DNA of 40,857 bases from an uncultured Gammaproteobacteria bacterium (GTDB lineage: Bacteria; Pseudomonadota; Gammaproteobacteria; Magnimaribacterales; TMED112), in the NCBI GenBank assembly GCA_913044115.1, contig CAJWNO010000004.1, forward strand, positions 1 to 40,857, given 5' to 3'. Positions 11,367 to 23,300 of the stretch are shown in pieces (the stretch's first letter is position 1; the number at the start of each line of letters is the position of its first letter). The translations under genes were made by a program, and so were the position numbers. Below the pieces are notes generated by a model, which was not told the origin of the DNA, made no database searches, and saw only the letters and a program-made list of their open reading frames with translations.

Positions 11367-11967
11367 TTAGAGCCTCCTTTAGCACTGTAACTGCAGAATG
11401 AGTAAGCAGGATATGTTTTGCCTTTAGCAAATCATAAGGATTAATATCTTTAGCATCTAGAAAGCTGTAATGCTTAAGGTTTCTTATTGCTAGCATAGTA
11501 TTTTGATCTAAATCAGATGAAATCAGTAAAGCAGAATCTTGGCCACTTTTCTTAAAGAAATCATGAGCTAGCTTAGTTTTTGGTTCTTTGAAACTGATAT
11601 CATCCACCAAATCTAATCTTTTTTCTGTTTTAAATTTAGAAAGTATTGAGGCAAGAGCTTTCTTTGCCATTTTTTTGTTTATTTTTTTTGTGTAATTTTT
11701 AGTATTTGCAAAGGTGACGCCGCCGCCAACCCATAAAGGACTTCTAATTGTTCCTGCTCTAGCGCGACCAGTTCCTTTTTGTTTAAATGGCTTTTTCCCA
11801 CCACCTCTCACAGCTGATCTATTCTTAAGCATGACAGATCCTTGTCTTTCGTTTGATAAATAACTTGTTAGCGCTTGATGCACTAGCGATTCATTAAAAT
11901 CAACTGAAAAGACTTCACTAGGAAGTCTAGGTTTTGTTGCTTTTTTTGTTGTTTTAGCCTCAGCCAT
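11356..11967 (-). CDS. rplD: 50S ribosomal protein L4
   Basis: RSAVRGGGKKPFKQKGTGRARAGTIRSPLWVGGG. Confidence 0.99.
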   Translation of the reverse strand: MAEAKTTKKATKPRLPSEVFSVDFNESLVHQALTSYLSNERQGSVMLKNRSAVRGGGKKPFKQKGTGRARAGTIRSPLWVGGGVTFANTKNYTKKINKKMAKKALASILSKFKTEKRLDLVDDISFKEPKTKLAHDFFKKSGQDSALLISSDLDQNTMLAIRNLKHYSFLDAKDINPYDLLKAKHILLTHSAVTVLKEALNVK

Positions 11968-12878
11968 TATTCCTTATCATCCTCTTTCTTAGTTTCGTCT
12001 TGTTCTGCTTCTACTTCTGCTTTTGCTTCTGGCTCTTTGCTTTCTTCCGAAGCTGTCTCTGCTGGCTTTTCTGTTTTGATTTCGTCTTTTGCTTCATCAA
12101 CAACTTCAGCGTTTTCTGTTGCTTCAACTGCCTCAGCTGAATCAACAGATGTTTTATCTTCAGAAGCTAATTCAGTATTTTCAGCTACATCCTGAACGTC
12201 ATTTTTAACTTCAGCTGCTTCATCCACTATTGGTTCTAGTGAAAGCTTTGCACCGTCTTTAATAGATGGTGTTACTTTTACAAAAGAACCTATTGAACCA
12301 GGCACTGCACCTTTTACAAGTAGTACATTTTCTTCAATATCAACTTTTTCAATTTCGAGGTTTTGAACTGTTGTATTTCTATCGCCCATATGACCAGCCA
12401 TTTTTTTACCTTTAAAAACTCTACCAGGGAACTGGCATTGTCCTATTGAACCAGGAGCTCTGTGAGCAAGTGAATTACCATGTGTTGCATCCTGAGTCTT
12501 AAAATTATGTCTCTTTACAACACCAGCAAAACCTTTACCTTTTGAAACACCAGAAACATCAACTTTTTCTGTTGAGCTAAATGGGTGAAGAGTTATTTCT
12601 TTTGCATCCATAAGGTAATTGAACTCTTCTTCAGATAAATTGAATTCAGTTAAGTAGCCCTTCTCGGCTTTATTGTCTGCGAATTTTTTTTCTAAACTTT
12701 TTGAAACTTTCTTTTTTGAACCAAAGTTAACTTGCACTGCATAATAACCATCTTTTTCAGGTGTTTTTCTTTGTACTATTTTGCTGTTTGCGACAGCAAT
12801 TACCGTAACGGGCACTGAAGTACCGTTGTCTTTAAAGACGCGCGTCATACCAACTTTTGTTCCAATTACTCCAAGCAT
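11967..12878 (-). CDS. rplC: 50S ribosomal protein L3 with ~96-aa acidic C-terminal extension
   Basis: GTKVGMTRVF, VDVSGVSKGKGFAGVVKRHNF, HRAPGSIGQCQFPGRVFKGKKMAGHMG, VKGAVPG; core ends near K207. Confidence 0.99.
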   Translation of the reverse strand: MLGVIGTKVGMTRVFKDNGTSVPVTVIAVANSKIVQRKTPEKDGYYAVQVNFGSKKKVSKSLEKKFADNKAEKGYLTEFNLSEEEFNYLMDAKEITLHPFSSTEKVDVSGVSKGKGFAGVVKRHNFKTQDATHGNSLAHRAPGSIGQCQFPGRVFKGKKMAGHMGDRNTTVQNLEIEKVDIEENVLLVKGAVPGSIGSFVKVTPSIKDGAKLSLEPIVDEAAEVKNDVQDVAENTELASEDKTSVDSAEAVEATENAEVVDEAKDEIKTEKPAETASEESKEPEAKAEVEAEQDETKKEDDKE

Positions 12879-12879
12879 A

Positions 12880-13191
12880 TTAATTAAGGGTTATTTTTAC
12901 ATCTACTCCGGCAGCAATATCTAGCCTCATCAAGGCGTCTACAGTCTGCTCTGTGGGATTAATGATATCGAACAGTCTTTTGTGTGTTCTGGTCTCGTAT
13001 TGATCACGAGCTTTCTTGTCAACGTGTGGTGACGTAAGGATTGTAAGCTTTTCCTTTTTTACAGGCAATGGAATAGGGCCGACAACTTTTGCGCCGGTTT
13101 TTGTTACTGTCTCAAGAATTTCTTTCGTTGATTTGTCTACCAACTTATGATCGAAAGCCTTAAGTTTTATCCTAATTTTTTGCTGTTCCAT
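12880..13191 (-). CDS. rpsJ: 30S ribosomal protein S10
   Basis: [35 protein letters not shown]. Confidence 0.99.
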   Translation of the reverse strand: MEQQKIRIKLKAFDHKLVDKSTKEILETVTKTGAKVVGPIPLPVKKEKLTILTSPHVDKKARDQYETRTHKRLFDIINPTEQTVDALMRLDIAAGVDVKITLN

Positions 13192-13219
13192 AATCGCCTT
13201 TTAGATTAGAAAGACCACG

Positions 13220-13248
13220 ATTTTAAGGCTTTAAATAGGGAGTGTCAA
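13220..13248 (-). promoter_or_regulatory. Sigma-70 promoter for the S10-spc-alpha superoperon
   Basis: Minus strand TTGACA (13248-13243), 17 nt, TAAAAT (13225-13220), then GC-rich CGTGGTC; rpsJ ATG 28 nt after the -10 box. Confidence 0.85.
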
Positions 13249-13257
13249 AGAATTTAT

Positions 13258-15345
13258 CTAATTCTTATTGATAATTTCTTCAGTTAAATTTGAAGGTACT
13301 TCAAGGTATTTTTTAAACTCCATGGTGTAAGTAGCTCTACCTTGGGTTGCTGACCTTAAATCTGTTGCATATCCAAACATTTCTGACAGTGGCACTAGTG
13401 CCGTAATAGCCTTTCCTGACGGGATATCATCCATATTTTGTACCTGTCCTCTTCGTCTATTAAGGTCTCCAACAACATCACCCATATAGTCTTCTGGTGT
13501 GACAACCTCAACATCCATCATTGGTTCAAGCAGTACAGGGTTAGCTTTTAGGGCTCCATCTTTAGCTGCCATTGAACCAGCAAGTTTAAATGCCATTTCA
13601 CTAGAATCGACTTCGTGGTATGAACCATCATATAAAGTTACTTTTACACCTTGTAGAGGGTAGCCAGCGATTACACCATTCTGAAGTTGTTCTTGCACAC
13701 CTTTTGAGACAGCAGGTATATATTCTTTAGGTATTGCGCCACCTTTGATCTCATCAACAAACTCAAACTCTTCTTCACATGGCTCCATTCGCATTAATAC
13801 ATGTCCATATTGTCCTTTACCACCTGATTGTTTTGCATATTTATGCTCAACCTCAACGTTTGATTTAATTGCTTCTCTGTAAGCAACTTGTGGTTTACCA
13901 ACATTAGCTTCTACACTAAATTCTCTCTTCATTCTTTCTACAAGAACTTCTAGATGCAACTCACCCATACCAGAAATAATTGTTTGGCCTGATTCTTCAT
14001 CTGAACTCACTCTAAAAGAAGGATCTTCTTGAGCTAGTTTGCCTAAAGCTATAGACATTTTTTCTTGATCAGGTTTTGATTTTGGCTCAACAGCAAGTGA
14101 TATAACTGGTTCAGGGAATTCCATTCTCTCAAGAACAACTAAATCTTTCGCATCTGATAAAGTATCACCAGTTGTAACGTTCTTAAGACCGATACAAGCT
14201 GCAATATCACCAGCTCTTACTTCTTTAATTTCTTCTCTATTGTTGGAGTGCATTTGCACCATTCTTCCAATTCTTTCTTTGTCATCTTTAACTGTATTAA
14301 TTACTCCATCTCCTTGAGATAAAACACCAGAATATACCCTTACGAAAGTTAAGTTTCCAACGAATGGGTCAGTGGCAATTTTAAATGCTAAAGCTGCAAA
14401 TGGTTCCTCATCGCTAGAACTTCTAGATGTTGGTTCTTCTGTCTTTGGATGAATACCTTCAATAGCTTTAACTTCATCAGGAGCAGGCAAAAATTCAATA
14501 ACGGCGTCTAATACTGCTTGAACTCCTTTGTTCTTGAAAGCTGATCCGCAAAGAGCGAGTGTAATTTCATTGGCTAAAACACGCTGTCTAAGACCTTTTT
14601 TTATTTCAGACTCATCGAGATCTCCAGATTCAAGATATTTTTCCATTAATTCTTCGTTTGCTTCTGCTGCTGCCTCTACAAGATCTTCTCTGAGTTTTTC
14701 ACACTTAGAAACAAGGTCTTCAGGTATATCTGTATATTCGAAGGTTGAGCCTTTATCTGCTTCGTTCCATGTTATTGTTTTCATCTTTATGAGGTCAATA
14801 ACACCTTTGAAATCATCTTCTGCGCCGATATTGTACTGAATAGGAACTACTGTAGCACCTAATCTATCTCTTATTTGATCAACTACTCTTTCAAAATCAG
14901 CACCAGCTCTATCCATTTTGTTTACAAATACAATTCTTGGTACTTCGTATCTATTTGCTTGTCTCCAAACTGTTTCTGATTGAGGCTGTACACCAGATGA
15001 ACCACAAAAAACAACAACTGCTCCATCCAAAACCCTTAGAGATCTTTCTACTTCGATTGTGAAGTCTACGTGACCTGGTGTATCAATAATATTGACTCTG
15101 TGCTCTTCAAATTGCTGCTCCATTCCTTTCCAAAAACATGTTGTAGCTGCTGAAGTAATGGTGATGCCTCTTTCTTGCTCTTGTTCCATCCAGTCCATAA
15201 CAGCTGCACCATCATGAACTTCACCTATTTTATGAGAGATACCAGTGTAGAAGAGTACCCTTTCTGTAGTAGTAGTCTTTCCTGCATCCACGTGTGCACA
15301 TATTCCAATGTTTCTGTATCTATTAAGTGGTGTTTTTCTAGCCAT
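13258..15345 (-). CDS. fusA: Elongation factor G
   Basis: [45 protein letters not shown]; 695 aa. Confidence 0.99.
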   Translation of the reverse strand: MARKTPLNRYRNIGICAHVDAGKTTTTERVLFYTGISHKIGEVHDGAAVMDWMEQEQERGITITSAATTCFWKGMEQQFEEHRVNIIDTPGHVDFTIEVERSLRVLDGAVVVFCGSSGVQPQSETVWRQANRYEVPRIVFVNKMDRAGADFERVVDQIRDRLGATVVPIQYNIGAEDDFKGVIDLIKMKTITWNEADKGSTFEYTDIPEDLVSKCEKLREDLVEAAAEANEELMEKYLESGDLDESEIKKGLRQRVLANEITLALCGSAFKNKGVQAVLDAVIEFLPAPDEVKAIEGIHPKTEEPTSRSSSDEEPFAALAFKIATDPFVGNLTFVRVYSGVLSQGDGVINTVKDDKERIGRMVQMHSNNREEIKEVRAGDIAACIGLKNVTTGDTLSDAKDLVVLERMEFPEPVISLAVEPKSKPDQEKMSIALGKLAQEDPSFRVSSDEESGQTIISGMGELHLEVLVERMKREFSVEANVGKPQVAYREAIKSNVEVEHKYAKQSGGKGQYGHVLMRMEPCEEEFEFVDEIKGGAIPKEYIPAVSKGVQEQLQNGVIAGYPLQGVKVTLYDGSYHEVDSSEMAFKLAGSMAAKDGALKANPVLLEPMMDVEVVTPEDYMGDVVGDLNRRRGQVQNMDDIPSGKAITALVPLSEMFGYATDLRSATQGRATYTMEFKKYLEVPSNLTEEIINKN

Positions 15346-15347
15346 GA

Positions 15348-15818
15348 TTAAAATCTGAAGTGTGCAAATGCTTTATTAGCTTCTGCCATTCTATGCATAT
15401 CCTCTTTTTTCTTTACCGCTGAGCCTTTGCCATCCTTAGCTTCTTTTAGTTCTGCAGCTAATCTGGCTGGCATCGATTTCTCTTTTCTTTTTCTTGCTGC
15501 CTCAACAAGCCATCTCATAGCAAGAGCAGTTCTTCTTTTGGCTCTTACCTCAACAGGTACTTGATATGTTGCGCCACCAATTCTTCTGGATCTAACTTCA
15601 ACTACTGGAGCTACTTTATCTAGAATTTTCTTAAAGACTTCAACAAGATCCTCACCTTTACTATCTTTTTCTAGTTGCTCAAACGCACCATAGACTATGC
15701 TTTCAGCAATTGATTTTTTTCCATCAACCATTAGTTGATTCATAAACTTAGCGATTATCTCACTTTCGTATTTTGAATCAGGAATAATTTTTCTTTTTGG
15801 TGCCGCTCTTCTTCTCAT
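15348..15818 (-). CDS. rpsG: 30S ribosomal protein S7
   Basis: [42 protein letters not shown]. Confidence 0.99.
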   Translation of the reverse strand: MRRRAAPKRKIIPDSKYESEIIAKFMNQLMVDGKKSIAESIVYGAFEQLEKDSKGEDLVEVFKKILDKVAPVVEVRSRRIGGATYQVPVEVRAKRRTALAMRWLVEAARKRKEKSMPARLAAELKEAKDGKGSAVKKKEDMHRMAEANKAFAHFRF

Positions 15819-16189
15819 TATTTACCTCTTTTCGCACCATATTTTGATCTTCCTTGCTTTCTTTCAGAAACACCAGAAGTATCAAGAGCTCCCCTAACAG
15901 TGTGATATCTGACACCAGGCAAATCTTTTACTCTTCCGCCTCTAATTAGGACAACAGAGTGTTCTTGTAGGTTGTGCCCTTCACCACCAATATATGAAGT
16001 TACTTCAAAACCTGATGTAAGTTTGACTCTGCAAACTTTTCGCAAAGCTGAGTTAGGTTTTTTTGGAGTTGTTGTGTACACACGAGTGCATACACCTCTT
16101 CTTTGAGGACAATTTTTTAATGCAGGAACATCACTCTTTGTAGGTTTTGTTCTACGAGGTTTCCTAACTAATTGATTAATCGTAGCCAT
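15818..16189 (-). CDS. rpsL: 30S ribosomal protein S12
   Basis: [36 protein letters not shown]. Confidence 0.99.
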   Translation of the reverse strand: MATINQLVRKPRRTKPTKSDVPALKNCPQRRGVCTRVYTTTPKKPNSALRKVCRVKLTSGFEVTSYIGGEGHNLQEHSVVLIRGGRVKDLPGVRYHTVRGALDTSGVSERKQGRSKYGAKRGK

Positions 16190-16202
16190 TTTTAAAAACT
16201 GA

Positions 16203-16231
16203 ATAATAAAGCAGTGCTATTCATCGGTCAA
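16203..16231 (-). promoter_or_regulatory. Sigma-70 promoter for rpsL-rpsG-fusA
   Basis: Minus strand TTGACC (16231-16226), 17 nt, TATTAT (16208-16203); only 13 nt from the -10 box to the rpsL ATG. Confidence 0.75.
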
Positions 16232-16234
16232 TGC

Positions 16235-19200
16235 TTACTGGAAGCTCTCCAGTAATTCTTTTTTCAATGCTTCTTCAATATCTTGTATTTCTTCTGAAGA
16301 TACACTTGCTTTTTGGTTAGCTGCAAAACCAGTACCAGCAGGTATTAACCTTCCAACAACAACGTTTTCTTTTAATCCTCGTAAGGTATCTTTTTTACTT
16401 GTTACTGCTGCTTCTGTAAGCACTCTTGTAGTTTCTTGGAAAGATGCAGCTGAAACAAATGAATCAGTTGAAAGAGCTGCTTTAGTAATACCTAGAAGCA
16501 TTCTATCGAACACAGCAGGCTTTTTGTCAGATGCTACAAGATTTTTATTTGCAGCTCTAACTTTAGTCAACTCCACAACATCTCCTTCAAGATATTCACT
16601 ATCGCCTTGATCAGTAATAGTTACCTTTTTCATCATTTGCCTACTAATTGTCTCAATATGCTTATCATTTATGACAACACCTTGGAGCCTATAAACATCT
16701 TGCACTTCGGCAATTAAGTGTTTAGCAAGTTCCTCAACTCCATGCATTGCTAAAAGTGCGTGTGTATCAACTGGACCATGGCAAAGGATATCTCCTTTTT
16801 CAACGTAGTCACCCTCTAAGAAAGATACAGCTCTATATTTTTGTATCATCATTTCTACAGGCTCACCTTTTTCTGGTGTTATAACTAACCTCTTTCTTCC
16901 CTTTGTCTCTTTACCATATGAAAGAATTCCTGAAGCCTCTGCATAGATCGAACCATCTTTTGGTTTTCTTGCTTCAAATAAGTCAGCTACCCTTGGAAGA
17001 CCACCTGTAATATCTTTAGTTTTTGTTCCTTCAACTGGAACCCTAGCAATAAATTCACCTGTGGAAACTTTATTACCATTATTTTTCATAAGGATTGATT
17101 TAGAAGGAAGTGAGTAAGAAGCAATTACTTTCTTTTTAGCATCAAGAACAGTTATTGATGGAGTCATGCCTTTACCTTTCACAGGTCTATCATTTGCATC
17201 GATAACTTCCCTTGTTGTTGAGCCGGTAAGATCATCAACTTCAACTTTCATTGTGACATCTTCTGTTAAGTCATTGAAAGATACAGTTCCTTCTACCTCT
17301 GCAATAATTGGAAGAGTTAATGGATCCCACTTAGCTATGAGAGTCCCTGGCTCTACTTTTGAATTATTGCTGTATAGAATTTCAGCACCATATGGAATGG
17401 AATACTTTTCAAGCAGATTTTCTTCGTCATCTTGAATTGTGAAATGTGCATTTCTTGAAACAACAACAAGTTCCCCATTCTTTTTCTCAACTGTTTTTAG
17501 TGAGCTATCGAATACAATATTCCCACCTCTTAAAGTTGTAACAGAATCGTCTTCAGCTGTTCCCGATGCTGCTCCTCCAATATGGAAGGTTCTCATCGTA
17601 AGTTGTGTGCCTGGCTCGCCTATAGATTGAGCCGCTACGACACCTACAGCCTCACCTATGTGAACTAAATGTCCTCTAGCAAGATCTCGTCCATAACACT
17701 TAGCACATAGTCCATGACTTGCTTCACATGTTATTGGTGATCTAATTTTTATTTTTTTGACGCCTGAGTTTTGTGCTTCAAGTGCTGTCTCTTCATCGAA
17801 TAAGTGTCCTTTTTCAAATAGAACTTTCTTACCTTTCTTAATATCTTCTTGTAAAACTCTACCAAGTATTCTTTCCGAAACAGTTTGAATAACTGATGCA
17901 CCATCTATGATAGCCTCTACGGTAATTCCTTCTTCTGTTTCACAATCTTCAGAAGTAATAACTACATCTTGAGAAACATCAACAAGCCTTCTTGTCAGAT
18001 AACCTGAATTTGCAGTCTTTAGAGCCGTATCTGCTAATCCCTTTCGAGCTCCATGCGTAGAAGTAAAGTACTCAAGCATTGATAGTCCTTCTCTAAAATT
18101 TGAAGTAATTGCACTTTCAATAATGCTGCCATCTGGTTTAGACATTAGTCCTCTCATTCCAGCCAATTGTCTAATTTGTGCAGGAGAACCTCTTGCTCCT
18201 GAATCTGCATACATAAATACACTATTAAATGATGGTGTGACAACTTCATTTCCATCTTTATCTGTTTCGACCTTATCACCCAAAGCTCCCATCATTGAGT
18301 TAGCAACTTTTTCGTTGGTCCTTGACCAAATATCGATGATCTTATTGTATTTTTCACCTTTTGTTAGCAATCCAGATTCAAATTGTTGCTCAATACTTTG
18401 AACTTCATTTTCAGCATTTGAAATTATTGAAGTTTTATCATCAGGAATTTCAAAATCATTTACCCCAATTGATGCTCCAGATGAAGTTGAATACTCAAAG
18501 CCTAAATACATTAATTTGTCTGCAAATAAAACAGATTCTTTAAGACCAAAATCTTTGTAAACGCTTGCAATTAGATTTAATAGATCTTTTTTCTTCAATG
18601 TTTTATTAACTTTTTCAAACTGTAAGCCTTCAGGCATAATCTCATACAATAAACACCTTCCAACAGTTGTTTCATATAGATTCTTTTCGTCACCTTCTTT
18701 AACTCTGACTTTAATTCTTGTGTGAAGATTTATTTGTTTTTCTAAAAACGCTCTTTTGACCTCATGCACATCGACAAATATTCTGCCTTCGCCAGGTAAA
18801 TTGAAATCTTCCTTTGTTAAATAGTAAATTCCTAAAACAACGTCTTGGTTTGGCTGAATAATTGGTTCGCCACTAGCTGGAGATAGAATATTATTTGTTG
18901 ACATCATCAAAGCTCTCGCTTCTAATTGCGCTTCAATTGATAATGGAACATGGACTGCCATTTGGTCACCATCAAAGTCTGCGTTAAAAGCTGTACAAAC
19001 CAGAGGGTGCAACTGAATAGCTTTCCCTTCAATTAAAACTGGCTCAAATGCTTGTATTCCAAGCCTATGAAGTGTTGGAGCTCTATTAAGTAAGACTGGG
19101 TGTTCACGAATAACTTCATCTAAACAATCCCATACTTCTGGTGTCTCTTCTTCTACAAGCTGTTTCGCAGCTTTAATCGTAATGGTAATTCCTTTTTGTT

Positions 19201-20353
19201 CAAGCTTATTGAAAATAAAAGGTTTGAAAAGTTCTAGAGCCATTTTTTTAGGCAACCCACATTGATGAAGCTTTAACGTAGGGCCAGATACAACAACTGA
19301 TCTACCTGAGTAATCAACTCTTTTACCAAGCAAGTTTTGTCTAAACCTGCCCTGTTTACCTTTGATCATATCTGCAAGAGATTTAAGAGGTCTTTTGTTA
19401 GTACCTAATATAGCTCTTCCTCTTCTTCCATTATCTAAAAGAGCGTCTACAGATTCTTGCAGCATTCTTTTCTCATTTCTAACAATAATTTCAGGTGCTC
19501 CAAGCTCTAATAATCTTTTTAATCTATTATTTCTGTTGATAACCCTTCTATAAAGATCGTTCAAATCAGATGTAGCAAACCTTCCACCATCTAATGGTAC
19601 CAATGGTCTAAGATCTGGTGGCAATACTGGCAGAACATTCATAATCATCCACTCTGGCTTTTGGCCACTTTCTCTGAAAGCTTCCATTAACTTAAGTCTT
19701 TTTTGTAGTTTCTTAATTTTTGTCTCAGAATTACTTGTGCTTAATTCTTCTCTTATTGACTGAGTTTCTTTTTCAACATCAACATCTGCTAAAAGAATTT
19801 GAACTGCTTCAGCACCCATCATGGCTGTAAAGTCATCATCATATTCGTCTAAAGCCTCGTAATATTCATCTTCTGTTAGTAGCTGTCCTTTTTTTAGATC
19901 AGTAATACCTGCTTCAACAACTACAAAACTTTCGTAATAGAGAACTCTTTCGATTTCTCTAAGAGTCATGTCTAAAAATAAGCCTATTCTTGATGGAAGT
20001 GATTTAAGAAACCAAATATGTGCTACAGGTGAAGCCAGTTCTATGTGGCCCATTCTCTCTCTTCTTACTTTCGTCGCCGTGACCTCAACACCACATTTTT
20101 CACAAATGACACCTCTGTGTTTTCTTCTTTTGTACTTACCACACAAACATTCAAAATCTTTAATAGGACCAAAAATTCTTGAGCAGAACAACCCATCTCT
20201 TTCAGGTTTAAAAGTTCTGTAATTTATTGTTTCTGGCTTTCTAACTTCGCCCCATGACCATGATCTGATCATTTGAGGAGATGCTAGTCCACATGAAATT
20301 AAATCAAAGTTTCTTTTTGAGCTACGATTAATGTTTTTGATGATATCTTGCAT
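16235..20353 (-). CDS. rpoC: RNA polymerase beta' subunit
   Basis: [19 protein letters not shown], Zn finger CLCGKY...CEKC, catalytic [25 protein letters not shown]. Confidence 0.99.
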   Translation of the reverse strand: MQDIIKNINRSSKRNFDLISCGLASPQMIRSWSWGEVRKPETINYRTFKPERDGLFCSRIFGPIKDFECLCGKYKRRKHRGVICEKCGVEVTATKVRRERMGHIELASPVAHIWFLKSLPSRIGLFLDMTLREIERVLYYESFVVVEAGITDLKKGQLLTEDEYYEALDEYDDDFTAMMGAEAVQILLADVDVEKETQSIREELSTSNSETKIKKLQKRLKLMEAFRESGQKPEWMIMNVLPVLPPDLRPLVPLDGGRFATSDLNDLYRRVINRNNRLKRLLELGAPEIIVRNEKRMLQESVDALLDNGRRGRAILGTNKRPLKSLADMIKGKQGRFRQNLLGKRVDYSGRSVVVSGPTLKLHQCGLPKKMALELFKPFIFNKLEQKGITITIKAAKQLVEEETPEVWDCLDEVIREHPVLLNRAPTLHRLGIQAFEPVLIEGKAIQLHPLVCTAFNADFDGDQMAVHVPLSIEAQLEARALMMSTNNILSPASGEPIIQPNQDVVLGIYYLTKEDFNLPGEGRIFVDVHEVKRAFLEKQINLHTRIKVRVKEGDEKNLYETTVGRCLLYEIMPEGLQFEKVNKTLKKKDLLNLIASVYKDFGLKESVLFADKLMYLGFEYSTSSGASIGVNDFEIPDDKTSIISNAENEVQSIEQQFESGLLTKGEKYNKIIDIWSRTNEKVANSMMGALGDKVETDKDGNEVVTPSFNSVFMYADSGARGSPAQIRQLAGMRGLMSKPDGSIIESAITSNFREGLSMLEYFTSTHGARKGLADTALKTANSGYLTRRLVDVSQDVVITSEDCETEEGITVEAIIDGASVIQTVSERILGRVLQEDIKKGKKVLFEKGHLFDEETALEAQNSGVKKIKIRSPITCEASHGLCAKCYGRDLARGHLVHIGEAVGVVAAQSIGEPGTQLTMRTFHIGGAASGTAEDDSVTTLRGGNIVFDSSLKTVEKKNGELVVVSRNAHFTIQDDEENLLEKYSIPYGAEILYSNNSKVEPGTLIAKWDPLTLPIIAEVEGTVSFNDLTEDVTMKVEVDDLTGSTTREVIDANDRPVKGKGMTPSITVLDAKKKVIASYSLPSKSILMKNNGNKVSTGEFIARVPVEGTKTKDITGGLPRVADLFEARKPKDGSIYAEASGILSYGKETKGRKRLVITPEKGEPVEMMIQKYRAVSFLEGDYVEKGDILCHGPVDTHALLAMHGVEELAKHLIAEVQDVYRLQGVVINDKHIETISRQMMKKVTITDQGDSEYLEGDVVELTKVRAANKNLVASDKKPAVFDRMLLGITKAALSTDSFVSAASFQETTRVLTEAAVTSKKDTLRGLKENVVVGRLIPAGTGFAANQKASVSSEEIQDIEEALKKELLESFQ

Positions 20354-20354
20354 A

Positions 20355-23300
20355 TTATTTCTCTTTTGAGTCCTCTAGCTCTAGGTTTATACCTAATGCT
20401 TTTATTTCTTTACTTAGAACATTGAATGATTCAGGCACGCCTGACTCAACTTCATAGTTTCCGTCCACAATATTTTTGTAAACTTTTGATCGTCCAGCTA
20501 TGTCGTCAGATTTAACTGTTAACATCTCTTGAAGTGTGTAAGATGCTCCATAAGCCTCAAGAGCCCATACTTCCATCTCACCAAATCTTTGTCCACCAAA
20601 TTGAGCTTTACCCCCTAACGGCTGTTGAGTTACAAGACTATAAGAACCAGTTGACCTTGCATGCATCTTGTCATCAACCAAATGATTAAGCTTAAGCATG
20701 TACATATAGCCGACTGTAACCGGCCTATCAAATTTCTCTCCAGTTCTTCCATCGTATAAATCAAACTGACCACTTTCAGGTAAATCAGCGTATTTGAGTA
20801 ATTCTTTAATTTGATGTTCATTTGCTCCATCAAAAACAGGAGTTGCAAAAGGAACACCTTGTCTTAAGTTGTCAGCAAGCTCTTTTACCTCTTGGTCCTT
20901 CAATGAATTGATATCATCTTTTTCGTGAGGACCAAATGAATAAATATCATTTAGAACTTTCTTAACACTCTCAATTTTTTGTTTTGATTTAAGCATGCCA
21001 TCGATTTTTTCTCCTAAACCTTTTGCAGCCAACCCTAAATGAGTTTCAAGAATTTGACCAACATTCATTCTGGAAGGAACACCAAGTGGATTCAATACCA
21101 CATCCACAGGTTCACCATTTTCATCATATGGCATATCTTCAACAGGAATAATGCTTGAAATAACACCCTTATTTCCGTGTCTTCCAGCTAGCTTATCACC
21201 AGCCTGAATTTTTCTTTTCACTGCCAGATATACTTTTATAACAGACAAGACACCAGGGGCAAGATCATTACCACCCTCAATTTTTTTCTTGAAGATTGCC
21301 ATTTTTTCTTTGTTTTCAGACTGATACTTCTTGAATTGATCTGCTATATTTTTTTGTAAATCAGTAACTTTTTTATTCTTAACTTTTAGTTTTAGAAGGG
21401 CATCTAAATCCATCTCATTTACAGCTTCTAAAGTAACTTTACCTTTTGTTGTAATAAGGTTTTCTTTCTTTAAAGCTTGGATAAGAGTATTTTTAAGAGA
21501 ATTTGTAACAATTCGCATTTCATCATCAAGATCTTTGCTAAATTCTGAAGTCATTAAGGACTCATTGCTTTTAGCTCTAGGATTCTTATCTGCACCGTCT
21601 CTAGTAAAGATTTGTACATCTATAACTGTTCCTGTAACACTTGAAGGTACTCTTAATGAAGTGTCTTTAATGTCTGAAGCTTTTTCTCCAAAAATTGCTT
21701 TGAGAAGCTTTTCTTCAGGAGAAAGTTGAGATTCTCCTTTTGGTGTTACTTTTCCAACTAGAATATCGCCAGCTTCTACTTTTGCACCTACATAAACAAT
21801 TCCATTCTCATCTAACTTTGATAAAGCTGATTCACTCACACCTGGAATGTCAGATGTAATCTCTTCCATACCTAATTTTGTATCACGGGTAATACAGGTT
21901 AGTTCTTGAATGTGAATGCTAGTTAATCTGTCTTCTTGTACAACTCTTTCAGAAACTAAAATAGAGTCTTCATAATTAAAACCATTCCAAGGCATAAAAG
22001 CTATCCTCATGTTTTGTCCTATAGCTAATTCACCTAGATCAATTGATGGACCATCAGCGATAATGTCTCCTGCCTTAACATGATCTCCTTTCTTAACTAG
22101 CGGTCTTTGGTTAACACAAGTATTTTGGTTTGACCTTGTATATTTAATAAGATTATAAATATCAACACTTACGTTATCACCAGAAGAAACTTTGATCACA
22201 ATTCTTCCACCATCTACCGAATCTACGACACCAGAATTTCTTGCTTCTACGCAAGCGCCTGAATCTCTTGCTACTTGTCTTTCGAGCCCAGTTCCTACTA
22301 ATGGTTTTTGTGGGATAAGTGTTGGAACTGCTTGTCGCATCATATTTGAACCCATGAGAGCTCTATTTGCGTCGTTATTTTCTAAAAATGGTATGAGCGA
22401 TGCAGCTACTGAAAGTACTTGCTTCGGCGATACATCCATAAGCGAAATCATACCTACACTAACGAGGCTTGTTTCTCCTTGATGCCTTGCTGTTATAAAT
22501 TCATTTTGAATCTTACCTTTCTTATCAACTTCTATATTAGCTTGAGCAATGTAGTGGTTGCTTTCCATAATTGGTGAAAGATAAATTATCTCTTCTGTAA
22601 CTTTGCCATCTTTTACCACTCTATAAGGTGTTTCAATAAAACCATACTTATCGGTTCTGGCATAAGTAGATAATGAATTAATTAATCCAATATTTGGTCC
22701 TTCAGGTGTCTCAATTGGACAAACCCTTCCATAATGAGTTGGATGGACATCTCGTACCTCAAAACCAGCTCTTTCTCTCGATAGCCCACCAGGCCCAAGA
22801 GCTGAGACTCTTCTTTTGTGTGTTACTTCAGATAATGGGTTATTCTGGTCCATAAATTGAGATAGTTGGCTTGAACCGAAAAACTCTTTGAATGCAGCAG
22901 TAATAGGTTTTGCATTAATTAGATCCGAAGGTTTGTACCCTTCAGTTTCTGCCATTCCGAGCCTATCCTTTACTGCCCTTTCAACCCTTACTAAAGCAAT
23001 TCTTAATTGATTAGCAGTCATTTCACCAACAGACCTAATACGTCTGTTACCTAAGTGGTCTATATCATCGACTGTGTCTTTACCATTTCTAATATCAACT
23101 AACTTTCTTAGAACAGCTACAATGTCTTCTTTTGTTAAGACATATGTATCAGATCTATCTTCAATTTTTAGTCTCCAATTGAGCTTCATTCTTCCAACAT
23201 CTGAAAGATCGTATCTATCTTCAGAAAAGAATAAGTTATTGAATAAAATCTCTGTGGATTCTTTTGTTGGTGGCTCACCTGGTCTAAGCATTCTGTAGAT

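Noticed and set aside
20630-20857. 75-aa same-strand alternate-frame ORF inside rpoB
   Set aside because: Out-of-frame overlap in a highly conserved region with no independent evidence.
15818-22900. Possible antibiotic-resistance alleles in rpsL and rpoB
   Set aside because: S12 PKKPNSA and RVKDLPG and the RpoB rifampicin region ([23 protein letters not shown]) look wild-type at the classical positions.
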